Source: a virus (lineage: Duplodnaviria > Caudoviricetes). Taken from it: a stretch of 64,000 nucleotides of DNA. The notes below the pieces were generated by a model that made no database searches, was not told where the DNA came from, and saw only the letters and a list, made by a program, of their open reading frames with translations. The first letter of the stretch is position 1. Each line of letters opens with the position of its first letter. Of this stretch, positions 1 through 11,383 are shown piece after piece. The stretch is taken from IMG/VR virus record IMGVR_UViG_3300036770_001877, positions 252 to 64,251 of that record; one strand, given 5' to 3'. Both the position numbers and the translations under genes were made by a program.

Positions 1-34
1 TGATTTCCCTGATTCAACGGATTTCTCTGACCTA

Positions 35-274
35 GTGTTTAAAGCACAGATTAGAACCTATCCTAACTCCCCTTCTCTATGGGGCGAGTTCACTATTACA
101 GTAGAAGATGCTCCTACTAAGAAGCTTCGTCTAGCACTTACTAAGGCACAAACTGAAAGAATTCCTGCTCGTGCATTCTGGGATTTGCAGGCTACATCCC
201 TTAGCGATGACACCTTTGAAAAAACATACATTCGTGGCCAAGTATTCTGCGAGCGCGAAATAACACAGGATTAA
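35..274 (+). CDS. Hypothetical virion protein, probably the 3' part of a gene starting before the window (adaptor/BppU-like)
   Basis: ORF at the window edge; 'FKAQIR...LALT..QT.....WDLQ...TYIRGQV' resembles small Ig-like adaptors that precede fibre genes. Confidence 0.45.
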   Translation: MFKAQIRTYPNSPSLWGEFTITVEDAPTKKLRLALTKAQTERIPARAFWDLQATSLSDDTFEKTYIRGQVFCEREITQD

Positions 275-275
275 C

Positions 276-1793
276 ATGGCAGACGAGATTATTGTTACGC
301 CCGCCGATGTTGTAACTGTAGAAGTATCAACCGGTACAGCTGGCGCACAAGGACCTACGGGTCCTACAGGTCCTACAGGCCCTGCTGGTTCTGCATCAAC
401 AGTTCCAGGCCCTGTTGGTTCAACTGGTCCTACGGGTCCTACTGGACCGCAAGGTGTAACTGGACCGACTGGACCACAAGGAGTAACTGGTCCGCTTGGA
501 CCGCAAGGTCCGTCTGGACCAACTGGACCTAGAGGTGAACTCGGTCCTACAGGTCCGACAGGTGCTGCTGGTACATCAGTAACAATTCTTGGTTCATTAG
601 CAAATCAATCTTTACTTCCTGCTGAGGGCGACCTCGGTGATTCGTATTTAATTAACGGCGACCTCTACGTCTGGGATGGCGATGAGTGGGTTAACGTTGG
701 AACAATTCAAGGCCCTGCTGGTCCGCAAGGTATACAAGGAGCAACAGGTCCACAAGGTATTCAAGGCGAGCCTGGCCCACTTGGACCACAAGGTGAAGTT
801 GGTCCAACAGGACCACTTGGTCCTACTGGTGCAACTGGTCCGCAAGGCGAAGCTTCAACTGTAACTGGTCCTACCGGTCCACAAGGTGAAGTCGGACCGA
901 CAGGTCCTACCGGACCGCAAGGTGAAGCATCAACAGTTGCTGGACCAACTGGACCCCAAGGTGAGATTGGACCAACAGGTCCGCAAGGTGAAGTGGGCCC
1001 AACTGGTCCGCAAGGATTAGTTGGAGAAACAGGACCAACTGGTGCTCAAGGAATTCAAGGCGACACTGGTCCGACTGGTCCTACTGGCCCACAAGGAACC
1101 GGCGTAACAATACTTGGTTCTTATTCAGATTATTCTTCTTTAGTCGCAGCACATCCAACAGGTAACACTGGTGATGGATACATTGTCGGCGGAGATTTAT
1201 ATGTCTGGGATGGAACACAATGGGTAAATGTTGGAAGCATTCAAGGACCAACAGGTTCCACAGGTCCGACCGGACCAACGGGTGCTACTGGACCAATTGG
1301 TGAAACTGGACCAACGGGCCCAGAAGGAAACTTTTATGTAAGTGCTACTGCGCCATCATCTCCAATCGAAGGTGATGTCTGGTTTAACACTAACAATGCA
1401 CGCAACTATGTTTACTACGACTCTTACTGGGTTGAGTGGGCATCATCTGATATCGGCCCTACTGGACCTGCTGGTCCAACTGGAGCAACCGGACCTGCAT
1501 CAACAGCTCCTGGTCCAACTGGTCCGACCGGACCTACCGGACCTACTGGTCCACTTGGTCCAGCATCAACTGTTCCAGGACCTGCTGGTATTCAAGGACC
1601 GACTGGACCAACAGGTCCAACTGGTGCAGCATCAAATGTAACTGGACCTACTGGAGCTACTGGACCAACAGGTCCTGCTGGTGATGCTGGTCCTGCAAGC
1701 ACAGTTCCAGGGCCAACAGGGCCAACAGGTGCTACTGGGCCTACTGGGCCTGCAGTTGATACGTTGCACCCGTTCCTCTTTGGAGTTATTTAA
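276..1793 (+). CDS. Collagen-like (Gly-Pro-Thr) virion fibre protein
   Basis: Long G-X-Y runs (GPT/GPQ) interrupted by '[21 protein letters not shown]' and '[12 protein letters not shown]' modules. Confidence 0.9.
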   Translation: MADEIIVTPADVVTVEVSTGTAGAQGPTGPTGPTGPAGSASTVPGPVGSTGPTGPTGPQGVTGPTGPQGVTGPLGPQGPSGPTGPRGELGPTGPTGAAGTSVTILGSLANQSLLPAEGDLGDSYLINGDLYVWDGDEWVNVGTIQGPAGPQGIQGATGPQGIQGEPGPLGPQGEVGPTGPLGPTGATGPQGEASTVTGPTGPQGEVGPTGPTGPQGEASTVAGPTGPQGEIGPTGPQGEVGPTGPQGLVGETGPTGAQGIQGDTGPTGPTGPQGTGVTILGSYSDYSSLVAAHPTGNTGDGYIVGGDLYVWDGTQWVNVGSIQGPTGSTGPTGPTGATGPIGETGPTGPEGNFYVSATAPSSPIEGDVWFNTNNARNYVYYDSYWVEWASSDIGPTGPAGPTGATGPASTAPGPTGPTGPTGPTGPLGPASTVPGPAGIQGPTGPTGPTGAASNVTGPTGATGPTGPAGDAGPASTVPGPTGPTGATGPTGPAVDTLHPFLFGVI

Positions 1794-1836
1794 ATAAATT
1801 AATAAAGTAAACTTGATAGGATAAGGAAGGAAAACA

Positions 1837-2166
1837 GTGGCAATAACGTATAAAGTGTTGGGCCAAGCTGTCACAACGGCTTCGGTCAACTCTGACGTAT
1901 ACACCGTGCCTTCTAACACTGAGGCCGTAATCAGCAGCATCGTGGTAGCTAACCGCGGGTCTGATAACACCACCTTTAACGTGGCCGTTCGTCCTAATGG
2001 AGCAACATTAGAGAACAAGCACTACGTGGCATACCAGGTGGGCATAGACCGCAACGACACTACCGTGCTCTCATTCGGCATCACTATGGATGCTGGCGAT
2101 GTGCTCACAGTCACAGCTGCCAACAACAACCTAAGCTTTAATGTCTTTGGAATGGAGACCGCATAA
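1837..2166 (+). CDS. Small fibre-associated beta-sandwich protein (paralog of 5937..6269)
   Basis: SD AAGGAAGG before a GTG start; 'YTVP...AVISSIVVAN...GDVLTV' pattern. Confidence 0.7.
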   Translation: MAITYKVLGQAVTTASVNSDVYTVPSNTEAVISSIVVANRGSDNTTFNVAVRPNGATLENKHYVAYQVGIDRNDTTVLSFGITMDAGDVLTVTAANNNLSFNVFGMETA

Positions 2167-2435
2167 TGGCAGGCTTCGTTTCGCTATCAGGAAGTAGCGC
2201 TAAGTCCAAGCAAAACTTCTATGGCTTTAAGTACGACCCCGTAAACGACGCACTGACTATTGAAGAGTTTTTATGGGGTAATACAGAAGTAATAACGCTC
2301 CCACAAGTAAACGATGATGGAACGCTGTATGTTGAATACGACGATACTTACTATACAAATGCTGTAACTCCTTACGAGTTATCATTTTCGTGGGATACTA
2401 CAAACTACGACCAGCTCATTATGGAGGTTAACTAG
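2166..2435 (+). CDS. Small fibre-associated protein (paralog of 6718..6996)
   Basis: Translationally coupled; shares 'FYG' and the C-terminal 'LIMEV/ILMEV' with 6718..6996. Confidence 0.65.
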   Translation: MAGFVSLSGSSAKSKQNFYGFKYDPVNDALTIEEFLWGNTEVITLPQVNDDGTLYVEYDDTYYTNAVTPYELSFSWDTTNYDQLIMEVN

Positions 2436-4507
2436 TGGCTTCTCAGATTTTTAACTTAGGTAAGCTTCGCTTTACCTATAAAGGCGCCTATAGTGGCTCT
2501 ACTGAGTATCAGCTTAATGATGTAGTCAAAGCTAGCAATAAGCTTTACGTATACATCAATGCCGCAGCGACTACAGGCACGGCAGTCTCAAACACCTCAT
2601 ATTGGGCAGTAATGATTGAAGGATTTATTGACCCTGCCTCTGGTACCGCTGGTCAAACTTTAACTACTAACGGGACTGACTATGTATTTTCTGACCTAGC
2701 CCTTGTTCCAGACCAAGATACTCACGATGGAAAGATTCTAACCACAGATGGCACAGACGCCTCTTGGACTGATTCTTTAACTGACCTTGAGTTAACCGGA
2801 GATATCGCTGGATTGGGTGCGCTGTTTGGTGGACCAGAGGCAAAAAACGATTACGAAACTCTAGGTACAAATGTTAAGACAATATCAAATAAAGCTTTAA
2901 CAAGTAACATCGCAACGATTACAACCTCTACAGCTCATGGATTTTTCCCATTTCAATTTGTAAATGTTGATTTAACTATCCCAGATGCCGCATTTGATGG
3001 TGAACGGGAAATTATTGATACTCCTACGCCTACTACATTTACATTTGAGTCTGTATCTGGAAACATTGCATCAACCGCAGTAACAGGTTCTGTATCTGCG
3101 CTTCCAGGATACACAAACGCAGTTGCAGTATTTGGCGTAGACGCAGATGACTATTCTCAGATTGTGTTTAGAAACGCTTCTAGTGCAGCGGCTGCTTCTA
3201 CTGACTTTATCGCTTATGCAGATAACGGAACAGACTTTGCTGGTTATATTGACATGGGTATTACAAGCTCAGGCTTTAACGACCCTGAGTTCACTATCAC
3301 AGGCGCAAATGACGGATACATCTTTATGTCTGCTCCTGCAGGAACTACAGGTTCTGGAAATCTAGTTCTAGCAACTAATGACACAGGGTCTGAAAACAAG
3401 ATTATTTTTGCAGCTGGCGGTTTAGGTTCTGACAACACCCAAATGGAAATTACGCCAGACGTCAATGTTCACATTGAAATCCCAACGCCTTCCACATCAT
3501 CTACTACAGGTGCTTTAACCGTAGTCGGTGGTGTAGGTGTTCAAGGTGATATGAACATTGAAGGCTCTGTCTCTATCGTTGGTAACCTTACCTTTGGTGG
3601 CGGTTCAACTACTACTGAAAACCTAACCGTTACAAACCCTATTGTTTTCGTAGGCGATAAGAACGACGCAGATATCGTAGACCTCGGTCTTGTTGGAGAA
3701 TACGCAACTACTATTACTCCAGAAGTTGCAACTGTAAACAACAAAGCTCTTGCATCTAATGTAGCTACTCTTACAACAGCCTCTGCTCATGGCTTCTTAG
3801 TTGGCGATATCGTAACAATCACAGATGTAGATGCTACATTTAACGGTACCTACCAGATTACTGGTACTCCGCTATCTACAACTTTTACTTATGCTAAAAC
3901 TGCTTCAAACGTACCAAGCACCGCAGTTTCTCCAACAGGCACAGCGACAGTAAACAAGCGCCGTAAGTTTGCGGGTGTTTTGCGTGATGCCTCTGATGGA
4001 GTAATTAAGTTTTACAAAGATGGAACTACTAAGCCAACTACAACCGCTAACTTTGGTGAGGCTGGAGCGGCCTATGCTGATATCCAAGTAGCTGGTATAA
4101 CAGCTAATGGTCTAGTATCCCTAAGCGGAACTGTTGATATACAAGAAATGCGTGAAACAGTTGTATCAACAACAATCTCAGCAAACGCTATTGCTGCAGA
4201 CTGGTCTGCTGGAAATATATTCTGGGTAAGTAGCACTCCGTCAGCTAACTTCACAGTTAACCTTACTAACGTACCTACAGATAACGACCGCGTTATGACT
4301 ATTAACGTATTTGTTACTCAAGGAGCGACTGGCTACCTTCCAAACGCGTTAAGCATTAATGGGTCTGGCGCAACTATTAAATGGCCAACCGCAGCTGCTC
4401 CAACTCCAACTTCAATAGCTGGAAGAATTGATGTTTTCACATTCACACTAATTCGTCTAAGCGGTGCGTGGACAGTACTAGGCTCAGCTAACCTGAACTG
4501 GGGGTAA
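2435..4507 (+). CDS. Tail fibre / receptor-binding protein 1
   Basis: N-terminal 'LGKLRFTYKGAYSGSTEY..NDVV' repeat, two 'NKAL.SN.AT.TT..HGF' beta-barrel repeats, C-terminal 'IKWP.AAAPTPT...IDVFTF' fibre domain. Confidence 0.85.
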   Translation: MASQIFNLGKLRFTYKGAYSGSTEYQLNDVVKASNKLYVYINAAATTGTAVSNTSYWAVMIEGFIDPASGTAGQTLTTNGTDYVFSDLALVPDQDTHDGKILTTDGTDASWTDSLTDLELTGDIAGLGALFGGPEAKNDYETLGTNVKTISNKALTSNIATITTSTAHGFFPFQFVNVDLTIPDAAFDGEREIIDTPTPTTFTFESVSGNIASTAVTGSVSALPGYTNAVAVFGVDADDYSQIVFRNASSAAAASTDFIAYADNGTDFAGYIDMGITSSGFNDPEFTITGANDGYIFMSAPAGTTGSGNLVLATNDTGSENKIIFAAGGLGSDNTQMEITPDVNVHIEIPTPSTSSTTGALTVVGGVGVQGDMNIEGSVSIVGNLTFGGGSTTTENLTVTNPIVFVGDKNDADIVDLGLVGEYATTITPEVATVNNKALASNVATLTTASAHGFLVGDIVTITDVDATFNGTYQITGTPLSTTFTYAKTASNVPSTAVSPTGTATVNKRRKFAGVLRDASDGVIKFYKDGTTKPTTTANFGEAGAAYADIQVAGITANGLVSLSGTVDIQEMRETVVSTTISANAIAADWSAGNIFWVSSTPSANFTVNLTNVPTDNDRVMTINVFVTQGATGYLPNALSINGSGATIKWPTAAAPTPTSIAGRIDVFTFTLIRLSGAWTVLGSANLNWG

Positions 4508-4511
4508 TTAA

Positions 4512-5468
4512 ATGCCTTTTGTTAGCTCTGTTCGTGGAAGCTATGGCAGTCAAGGAAGACGCAGACCTCAAACTGGTCGCTTAGGTGCTGGTAGTACAGG
4601 CGGCTCAATTACTGAAGTTGGTGGTTACAGAATACATACATTCACCGCAGTTGGTACTAGCACTTTTGTTACTGACGGTGTAGGAACAGTTGAGTACTTA
4701 GTTGTAGCTGGTGGCGGTGGCGGTGGAGGATGGGGCGGCGGCGGCGGTGCTGGTGGATATATTTCTGGAACAACATCGGTTGCTTTAACAACTTCTTATA
4801 GTGTAATAGTTGGAAGTGGTGGAGCCCGCGGTACGTCTGTATATACAGCTGGTTCTGATGGTGGAAACTCTTCTGCGTTTTCTTCAACTGCTATTGGTGG
4901 CGGTGGTGGTGGCTATTTTAATAGAAATCCTGGCCGCTCAGGGGGTTCGGGAGGCGGACCTGGAAGCCATGACGCTAATGGAACTGCAGCTGCTTCTCCT
5001 GGAGCTGGTACTTCTGGGCAAGGATTTTCTGGCGGAACAACTCGTGTGTATTTTAGAAATAATAATACTAGTGGTTGGTATCCAGGAGCTGGCGGCGGCG
5101 GCGGCGCTGGTGGTGTAGGAGGAAGTACGCAACAAGATGGTGGAGGAAATTGGGGACGTGGAGGAGTGGGTGGTTTAGGAATATCAAACTCTATATCAGG
5201 GTCCTCGCTTTTTTATGCTGGCGGTGGCGGTGGGCATAGTCCTGGAAGTATTGAGGGAGACAGCGGTGGAGAAGTTTACAACGCTCCAGGTGGTTCTGGA
5301 GTAGGCGGTCAAGGTGGAAATTATGCGGTCACTGATAATCTTTCTTACGCTGGGACAAGTGGAACAAATGGTCGCGGTGGTGGAGGCGGAGGTTCTTGGG
5401 GTGGAAATGATGCAAATGCTATTGGTGACGGTGGTTCTGGCACAGTAATTATTAGGTATCCAATCTAA
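4512..5468 (+). CDS. Glycine-rich fibre-tip protein 1
   Basis: 'GGYRIHTFT', '[12 protein letters not shown]', '[10 protein letters not shown]' signature of phage glycine-rich domain proteins. Confidence 0.85.
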   Translation: MPFVSSVRGSYGSQGRRRPQTGRLGAGSTGGSITEVGGYRIHTFTAVGTSTFVTDGVGTVEYLVVAGGGGGGGWGGGGGAGGYISGTTSVALTTSYSVIVGSGGARGTSVYTAGSDGGNSSAFSSTAIGGGGGGYFNRNPGRSGGSGGGPGSHDANGTAAASPGAGTSGQGFSGGTTRVYFRNNNTSGWYPGAGGGGGAGGVGGSTQQDGGGNWGRGGVGGLGISNSISGSSLFYAGGGGGHSPGSIEGDSGGEVYNAPGGSGVGGQGGNYAVTDNLSYAGTSGTNGRGGGGGGSWGGNDANAIGDGGSGTVIIRYPI

Positions 5469-5935
5469 TGGCCGCAATTGATTTTCCTAATTCGCCGATA
5501 CTTGGCGAACAGTTCACAGCTAATAACACTACTTGGGAGTGGGATGGCACAACGTGGACTGTTATTCGCACACCTGTTGTCGGCCCTACGGGCCCAGCTG
5601 GTTTAGAGGGAGCGACTGGTCCTACCGGACCGCAAGGCGCTACCGGACCTACTGGTCCTACTGGCTCAACCGGTGCTACAGGTACTTGGACAACAACATC
5701 AGAGACTCCTCCAGCAGGAGCAACTCAAGGTGATGCGTGGTTCGACCCTAATTCAGGCGCAATTTTTATTTTTTATGATGGATACTGGGTTGAGACTGGT
5801 GCAGCACCAATCGGACCTACAGGTCCAATAGGACCAACTGGTCCAACCGGTGCACAGGGCGAACTTGGCCCAACAGGTCCAGCTGGTTCATCCAGCGCAG
5901 GAAGCATTGGTCTATCGTGGTGGTTAGGAGTATAA
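5468..5935 (+). CDS. Short collagen-like virion protein
   Basis: 'AIDFPNSP...WEWDGTTW' head followed by GPT repeats. Confidence 0.8.
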   Translation: MAAIDFPNSPILGEQFTANNTTWEWDGTTWTVIRTPVVGPTGPAGLEGATGPTGPQGATGPTGPTGSTGATGTWTTTSETPPAGATQGDAWFDPNSGAIFIFYDGYWVETGAAPIGPTGPIGPTGPTGAQGELGPTGPAGSSSAGSIGLSWWLGV

Positions 5936-5936
5936 A

Positions 5937-6269
5937 GTGGCAGGAATAGAACGACTAGGTGTAACAAAGCTGACGACCTCAGTCGCATTTGGCTCTTCAG
6001 GAACCACCATCTTCACAGCATCGGATAACTACCTATGCTCTGTTATCGCTACCAATACCTCTGCTGACGATGCAAATATCTATATTTATGTAATTCCTTC
6101 CGGCGCAACTACCGAATCTCAATATGCGTTGATGGCTCATAACCTATTGCTTCCTGGATACAATAGCTATGAGACTTTCCGCTTTGCGGTGAATAACGGA
6201 GATGTAGTGAAAGTTGCTGGAAGCGCAGATGTGTCTTACTACATTCAGGGCCTAGACCAGGTCACTTAG
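5937..6269 (+). CDS. Small fibre-associated protein
   Basis: Same pattern as 1837..2166. Confidence 0.65.
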   Translation: MAGIERLGVTKLTTSVAFGSSGTTIFTASDNYLCSVIATNTSADDANIYIYVIPSGATTESQYALMAHNLLLPGYNSYETFRFAVNNGDVVKVAGSADVSYYIQGLDQVT

Positions 6270-6277
6270 GAGAGTAA

Positions 6278-6718
6278 ATGCCAGGATACGCATACCCAGT
6301 AGATGCAGTAGCTTCTGCTGGAACAGCTAAGAGTGTTAGCTTCCTTGTCACAGACACTGCCTCTTCTTCTGCTACCACTATCTTTACTGCTACTAGTAAA
6401 ACCCGAGTGAATTCAATCGTTGCCGTCCACACTGGTGGCAGCGACACAGGCATTCTTCCTGTTGAAGTTTATGTAGGCCGCGGCACCCCAACGGTCAAGC
6501 ACCTCATTGCCAAGAACCGTGTGCTCAAAAACAACTTCGTAGTACTGCCTATCGTCTCTGGCGATAGCCGAGTCGGCGAGGACGGCGACCCTACAACCAG
6601 CGGGTATAACAAAGTTCTTCCAGAATTTATCCTTCAAACAGGAGACAAGCTATACGCAACCTGTCCATTCGAGGATGTAATCCAGCTCCACATCGAGCTA
6701 ACCGAGGGGGTTAAATAG
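6278..6718 (+). CDS. Small fibre-associated protein
   Basis: SD GGAG; 'TTIFTA...VNSIV...LQTGDKLYA' related to the 109/110-aa paralogs. Confidence 0.6.
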   Translation: MPGYAYPVDAVASAGTAKSVSFLVTDTASSSATTIFTATSKTRVNSIVAVHTGGSDTGILPVEVYVGRGTPTVKHLIAKNRVLKNNFVVLPIVSGDSRVGEDGDPTTSGYNKVLPEFILQTGDKLYATCPFEDVIQLHIELTEGVK

Positions 6719-6996
6719 TGTCAAATACGCCTGTATTCATCAATATTGACGGCAATACCTCAACTACCCTAACCACTTCCAACCTAGAGGACATTGCAGA
6801 TAAAGTCTTTTATGGAGCAAGGCAGGACAGGGAAACAGGAAAGGCTTATATTGATATCATTGCTGGAGGAACTGCTATCTCGCTAGGTGATTCCTACTCG
6901 GCTCGTCCTGATGACTATTTTAACTGGATGTGGAGTAGCAACACTCTACGTTTTAGCGTATCCGCAACTGGCCACATTCTGATGGAGGTATACTAA
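6718..6996 (+). CDS. Small fibre-associated protein
   Basis: Coupled ORF; paralog of 2166..2435. Confidence 0.6.
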   Translation: MSNTPVFINIDGNTSTTLTTSNLEDIADKVFYGARQDRETGKAYIDIIAGGTAISLGDSYSARPDDYFNWMWSSNTLRFSVSATGHILMEVY

Positions 6997-9902
6997 TGGC
7001 TCAGATTCTTGACCTGGGCAAATTCCGCTTTGACTTCAAGGGAGTCTACTCTGGCTCAACAGAGTATGAGCGCAACGATGTGGTCCAATACGGCGGTAAC
7101 GTTTACTGCTATACCTTAGGTACCGCAAGCACCGGCAACCTCCCAACAGATACGGCTTTCTGGACTTTGATGGTCGAAGGTTTTAATTATCGCGCTGCTT
7201 GGGATGTAGCAACTCAATATCTTCTAGCTGACGTGGTTTCTTACGGTGGTAAGGTTTACATTGCTCTTCAAGACACTATTGGTGATAACCCAGTAACTTC
7301 AGGTTCTGATTGGGCGGTTCTTGTTGACGGTATCCAGTACGAAGGCGAATGGTCTTCAGCTACTAGCTATCAAAAAGGCGACGTAGTTAAGTACGGTGGA
7401 AATATATATATTGCTAATGCTAATAGTATTAACTCAGTCCCAACTACTCCTTCTGTAACTTGGGAAATTCTTGTCTATGGTGTCGAATGGAAAGGCGCCT
7501 ACAACGACGCTACTGCCTACAAAGTAAACGATATTGTTTCATATGGCGGTAAGTCTTATATCTGTATTTTAGCTTCTACTGGAAACGAGCCAGCAGCTAG
7601 CCCATCTAACTGGGCAATCTTCTCAAGCGGTTTTCAATGGGAAGGACAGTGGTCTTCTTTAACAAACTATCAAGCTGGCGATGTAGTTTCCTACGGCGGT
7701 CTTGTATATGTAGCTATTGCTGACTCACTTAATAGCGCTCCAACAGACACGCTTTATTGGGCAGTGCTTATCGAAGGCATCGCTTGGAAAGGCGAATACT
7801 CAGGGGCTACCACTTATAACAAAAACGATATTGTTTCTTACGGCGGTTCATCTTGGATTGCTAAGCAGAACACTCAAGGCAACGCTCCGGTAGTAGGAGC
7901 TAACTGGGATACTCTAGCTGCCGGTACATTCCCATCATTCGCTGGCGCTGCTGGTTACTTCCTAAGCAACGACGGAACATCTGTCGTATGGACAGACTCA
8001 GTTACGGTCTCAGAACTTACCGCGAATGACAAAATTTATGTAGGCCCTGATGCTGAGCAGATGGAAACTGACATCGCTCTCACCAATGCGGCCGCAGTAT
8101 TTAGATTTGATAATGGCTCAGAAGATGAGCTATTCGCTCAGATTGCCTTTAAGAACGCTGACCCAACATCGTCTACAGACATTATTGTCTATTCAGACAA
8201 TGGTGGCGATAGCTACGGCTGGGCATCCTTCGGTGTAACAGGCTCTGACTTTGGCGACCCACTCTTCCCGCTAACAGGAAACAACGATGCTTATGTCTTC
8301 TACGATGCTCCTCTAGAAGTTACCTTAACAGTAACTGATAAAGAGCTTACTTCTAACGTAGCAACTTTGACCGTTAGCGAAACTATTGACCCTGCAGAAG
8401 TATATGTCGGCTCAATCGTGGATGTAACTGGCGTAGACGCAACCTTCAACGGTACCTATAGGCTAACGGCAGTAGATGACGTAGCGGGCACAATCTCATA
8501 CGCCAAGACCGCCTCTAACGTAGCCTCAACCTCTGCCTCTGGAACTGTTGTAAGCAACGCAGGTTCACAAGGTAACTTGGTCTTTGCTACTGGTGCTAAC
8601 GGTTCTGATAACAAGATTATCTTTGCAGCTGGTGGTTTCGCATCTGGTAATACGCAGATGGAAATCACTCCAGATGTGAACGTCCACATTGAAATTCCAA
8701 CACCTTCAACCTCACCGTCTACTGGTGCTCTCACTGTTGTGGGTGGCGTAGGTATCCAAGGTGACATGAATATCCAAGGTAACGTTGCAATCGTAGGTAC
8801 CATCTCATTCGGCGGTTCTGGAACTACAGTTACCACTCAGAACCTTGCGGTTTCTGACCCAATCATCTTCTCTGGTACCAACAACGTAGATGACCTTGTA
8901 GACCTAGGTATCGTTGGCGAGTACACAGTAGATGTAACTGATGTAGTAACTAGCGTAAATAACAAGGCTCTTACATCTAACGTAGCTACCCTAACCACTA
9001 CCACCTCACATGGATATTCTGTATACGATGTAGTGGTTGTAACTGGCGTAGGTGTTCCGTTTGATGGAACTCACGTTATTACCGCGGTAACTTCAACCAC
9101 ATTTAGTTTTGCTAAAGAAAACGCAAATGTAATCTCAGCAGCGGTAGACCCAGTTGGAACTGCTACAAAGACACGTGAGCGTAGATGGCGTGGATTTGTT
9201 CGTGACGCCTCTGACGGTGTAACTAAACTATTCCAAGGCTCTACTGCAAAGCCAGGAACCACAGTTGACTTCAGCAATGCTGGCTTAACTTATGCAGCGT
9301 TGCAGGCAGGCTCTTTTACAGCAGATGCTATTACAGCAGTAGCCACTGGTATCACCTCTACTACTGGAACTAACGCGCTAAAAGACTTAACACTTAGCGG
9401 TAGCGCAAACACTTTTGGTACATCAACTATTGCAGGTAACTTTACAGTCTCTGGCGACCCGACCTTCTCCGGAAACCCTATATTTAGTGGAACCCCGTCC
9501 TTTACTGGAACTCCAACCTTTACTGGCGGCGTTCGTGTTCAGGAAATGATTGAAGATGTTGTAGATGTAACCCTGTCTTCTAACGCGGTAACTCTTGACT
9601 ACAGCGCTGGTAACATTTTCTGGACTACTAACACACCATCAGCAGCAATGACCTTTAATATTACAAATGCCCCAACTACAGATGGCAGAGTGTTTACTGT
9701 AAACGTTCTTGTTACTCAAGGCACTACTGGATATATTCCTACTACCCTAACTATTAATGGAAGCGCAACTACCATTAAATGGGCTGCAGGAGTTGCTCCA
9801 ACTCCAACATCAAGCTCTGGAAAGATTGACATCTTTACCTTTAACATTGTTCGCAGAGCTTCAGCGTTTACCGCATTAAGCTCAGCTAACCTCAACTTCT
9901 AA
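6996..9902 (+). CDS. Tail fibre / receptor-binding protein 2
   Basis: About six 'W.G.W/Y...T.Y...DVV.YGG..Y' repeats, then a body paralogous to 2435..4507. Confidence 0.85.
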   Translation: MAQILDLGKFRFDFKGVYSGSTEYERNDVVQYGGNVYCYTLGTASTGNLPTDTAFWTLMVEGFNYRAAWDVATQYLLADVVSYGGKVYIALQDTIGDNPVTSGSDWAVLVDGIQYEGEWSSATSYQKGDVVKYGGNIYIANANSINSVPTTPSVTWEILVYGVEWKGAYNDATAYKVNDIVSYGGKSYICILASTGNEPAASPSNWAIFSSGFQWEGQWSSLTNYQAGDVVSYGGLVYVAIADSLNSAPTDTLYWAVLIEGIAWKGEYSGATTYNKNDIVSYGGSSWIAKQNTQGNAPVVGANWDTLAAGTFPSFAGAAGYFLSNDGTSVVWTDSVTVSELTANDKIYVGPDAEQMETDIALTNAAAVFRFDNGSEDELFAQIAFKNADPTSSTDIIVYSDNGGDSYGWASFGVTGSDFGDPLFPLTGNNDAYVFYDAPLEVTLTVTDKELTSNVATLTVSETIDPAEVYVGSIVDVTGVDATFNGTYRLTAVDDVAGTISYAKTASNVASTSASGTVVSNAGSQGNLVFATGANGSDNKIIFAAGGFASGNTQMEITPDVNVHIEIPTPSTSPSTGALTVVGGVGIQGDMNIQGNVAIVGTISFGGSGTTVTTQNLAVSDPIIFSGTNNVDDLVDLGIVGEYTVDVTDVVTSVNNKALTSNVATLTTTTSHGYSVYDVVVVTGVGVPFDGTHVITAVTSTTFSFAKENANVISAAVDPVGTATKTRERRWRGFVRDASDGVTKLFQGSTAKPGTTVDFSNAGLTYAALQAGSFTADAITAVATGITSTTGTNALKDLTLSGSANTFGTSTIAGNFTVSGDPTFSGNPIFSGTPSFTGTPTFTGGVRVQEMIEDVVDVTLSSNAVTLDYSAGNIFWTTNTPSAAMTFNITNAPTTDGRVFTVNVLVTQGTTGYIPTTLTINGSATTIKWAAGVAPTPTSSSGKIDIFTFNIVRRASAFTALSSANLNF

Positions 9903-9910
9903 GGAGTAAC

Positions 9911-10993
9911 ATGCCCTTTGTAAGTAGCGTTAGAAACAATTTTGGTATTCAAAAAAGACCTTTTCCTATTAGTGATGGTAAAGGGTCTGTAACCTCTTCT
10001 GGCGGTACGATAACCACTCTTGGTGGTTATCGTATACATTCTTTTACATCAACAGGTAGTTCTTCATTTACATTTACTGTTTCTGAAAATGTAGCTGGAA
10101 ATGGGTCCATACGAAGTGATGGAACTTTAAACACTGGGTCTGGTACAACGGGAGCCCTAGTAGAGATTTTAATGGTGGGAGGCGGAGGCGCAGCTGGAAA
10201 CTATTCTGGTGGCGGGGGAGCTGGAGAAGTACTTTCAATATCTCGAATATTAACTGCGGGCACGTATTCGTTAAGCATAGGGTCTGGAGGAACTGGAAGT
10301 AATACTGGAACCTGGAATGATAATAGGCATGGACAAGATACCACCGGTTTTGGAGAAACAGCTAAAAGAGGTGGTGGAGGAAAATCTTCTGACAACGATA
10401 CAGATGGTGGAGTCGGTGCAAACGGAACGCTAACCTCTGTTGGAAATGGTGGTGGCGGTTCTTCACGTACTGCTGGTTATTTTGGTACTGTAGGAACTTC
10501 AGTAGGAGCTGGAGTGACTCGTTACGGGGGTAATCGTGGTGGGCAAATATCCAGTGGTGGTGGTTCTATAAACCAAGGCCCTAACTATCCTGGTGGCGGA
10601 GGCGGAGGAGCAGGTGCTTCTGTAACTGGAGATACTGGCGGAACTACATCTAATAACTCTTCTGGTATTGGTGGTATTGGAGTTGTAAATTCTATTTTAG
10701 GCACCGCATACTATTGGGGCGGCGGAGGAGGTGGGGGAGTTTATTATAATAGCCCTGCAACTACTGCTGGCTCTGGAGGACTTGGTGGAGGCGGTGGAGG
10801 AGGAAATGTTAATCCTGGTTTAGGTGGCGGTCAAGCGTTAAACGCTGGTGGAAATGGGCAGGCAGTCTCCCCATATAACGGAGGAAGTGGTGGCGCTAAT
10901 ACTGGCGGCGGCGGTGGTGGTGGTAGAGGCGAAACTGGCGGAACTGGCGGAAATGGCGGCTCAGGAATTGTTGTAGTACGGTACCGTATATAA
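9911..10993 (+). CDS. Glycine-rich fibre-tip protein 2
   Basis: Starts MPFVSSVR like 4512..5468 and ends GGSGIVVVRY. Confidence 0.85.
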   Translation: MPFVSSVRNNFGIQKRPFPISDGKGSVTSSGGTITTLGGYRIHSFTSTGSSSFTFTVSENVAGNGSIRSDGTLNTGSGTTGALVEILMVGGGGAAGNYSGGGGAGEVLSISRILTAGTYSLSIGSGGTGSNTGTWNDNRHGQDTTGFGETAKRGGGGKSSDNDTDGGVGANGTLTSVGNGGGGSSRTAGYFGTVGTSVGAGVTRYGGNRGGQISSGGGSINQGPNYPGGGGGGAGASVTGDTGGTTSNNSSGIGGIGVVNSILGTAYYWGGGGGGGVYYNSPATTAGSGGLGGGGGGGNVNPGLGGGQALNAGGNGQAVSPYNGGSGGANTGGGGGGGRGETGGTGGNGGSGIVVVRYRI

Positions 10994-11374
10994 ATGCGTT
11001 TTAAATCGTCGCAAAATATCTTTAAAGATTTTGGGGAAGTGTTTGACCCAAATTGGATGGACTCTGACAAAATAATTTTACCTCCCAAAACTGATTGGGA
11101 TTACAAACGCGAAATGCGTTTTGAAGATGTAAATATTTGGGAAGTCATTTATGAGCAAGGCGGAGCTGTTGCAGTATATGCGGCTTGGGACCCATATGCA
11201 GAGTTTTATTTGGTAAGAGTAGGTTGGTTTAAAGAAGTTCAAGGCCACGGCTTTGAGACATACTACGGACCAGGAGCTCAGAAACAAGTGCAAAAACGTG
11301 CAAAAGAATTAGGCATTCATCTCTGCACTCAACAACATTGGGTAGAGCCTGAAGATATGTGGCTATACCAGTAA
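10994..11374 (+). CDS. Hypothetical protein (Trp/Tyr-rich)
   Basis: Clean 126-aa ORF filling the gap between fibre genes. Confidence 0.6.
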   Translation: MRFKSSQNIFKDFGEVFDPNWMDSDKIILPPKTDWDYKREMRFEDVNIWEVIYEQGGAVAVYAAWDPYAEFYLVRVGWFKEVQGHGFETYYGPGAQKQVQKRAKELGIHLCTQQHWVEPEDMWLYQ

Positions 11375-11377
11375 ACT
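11372..11377 (+). promoter_or_regulatory. -10 hexamer TAAACT, 6 nt before ATG 11384 (leaderless-type promoter)
   Basis: TANNNT with no SD; same geometry at 38100, 47409 and 47820. Confidence 0.5.
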
Positions 11378-11383
11378 GTCAAG

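Noticed and set aside
276-1793. 9-bp periodic repeats as a CRISPR array or DNA satellite
   Set aside because: Fully explained by Gly-Pro-Thr codons with variable third positions
3390-8780. Similar segments in the two fibre genes as a DGR template/variable repeat or invertible cassette
   Set aside because: Differences are mostly synonymous and not adenine-specific; the copies are direct; no reverse transcriptase or invertase in the window
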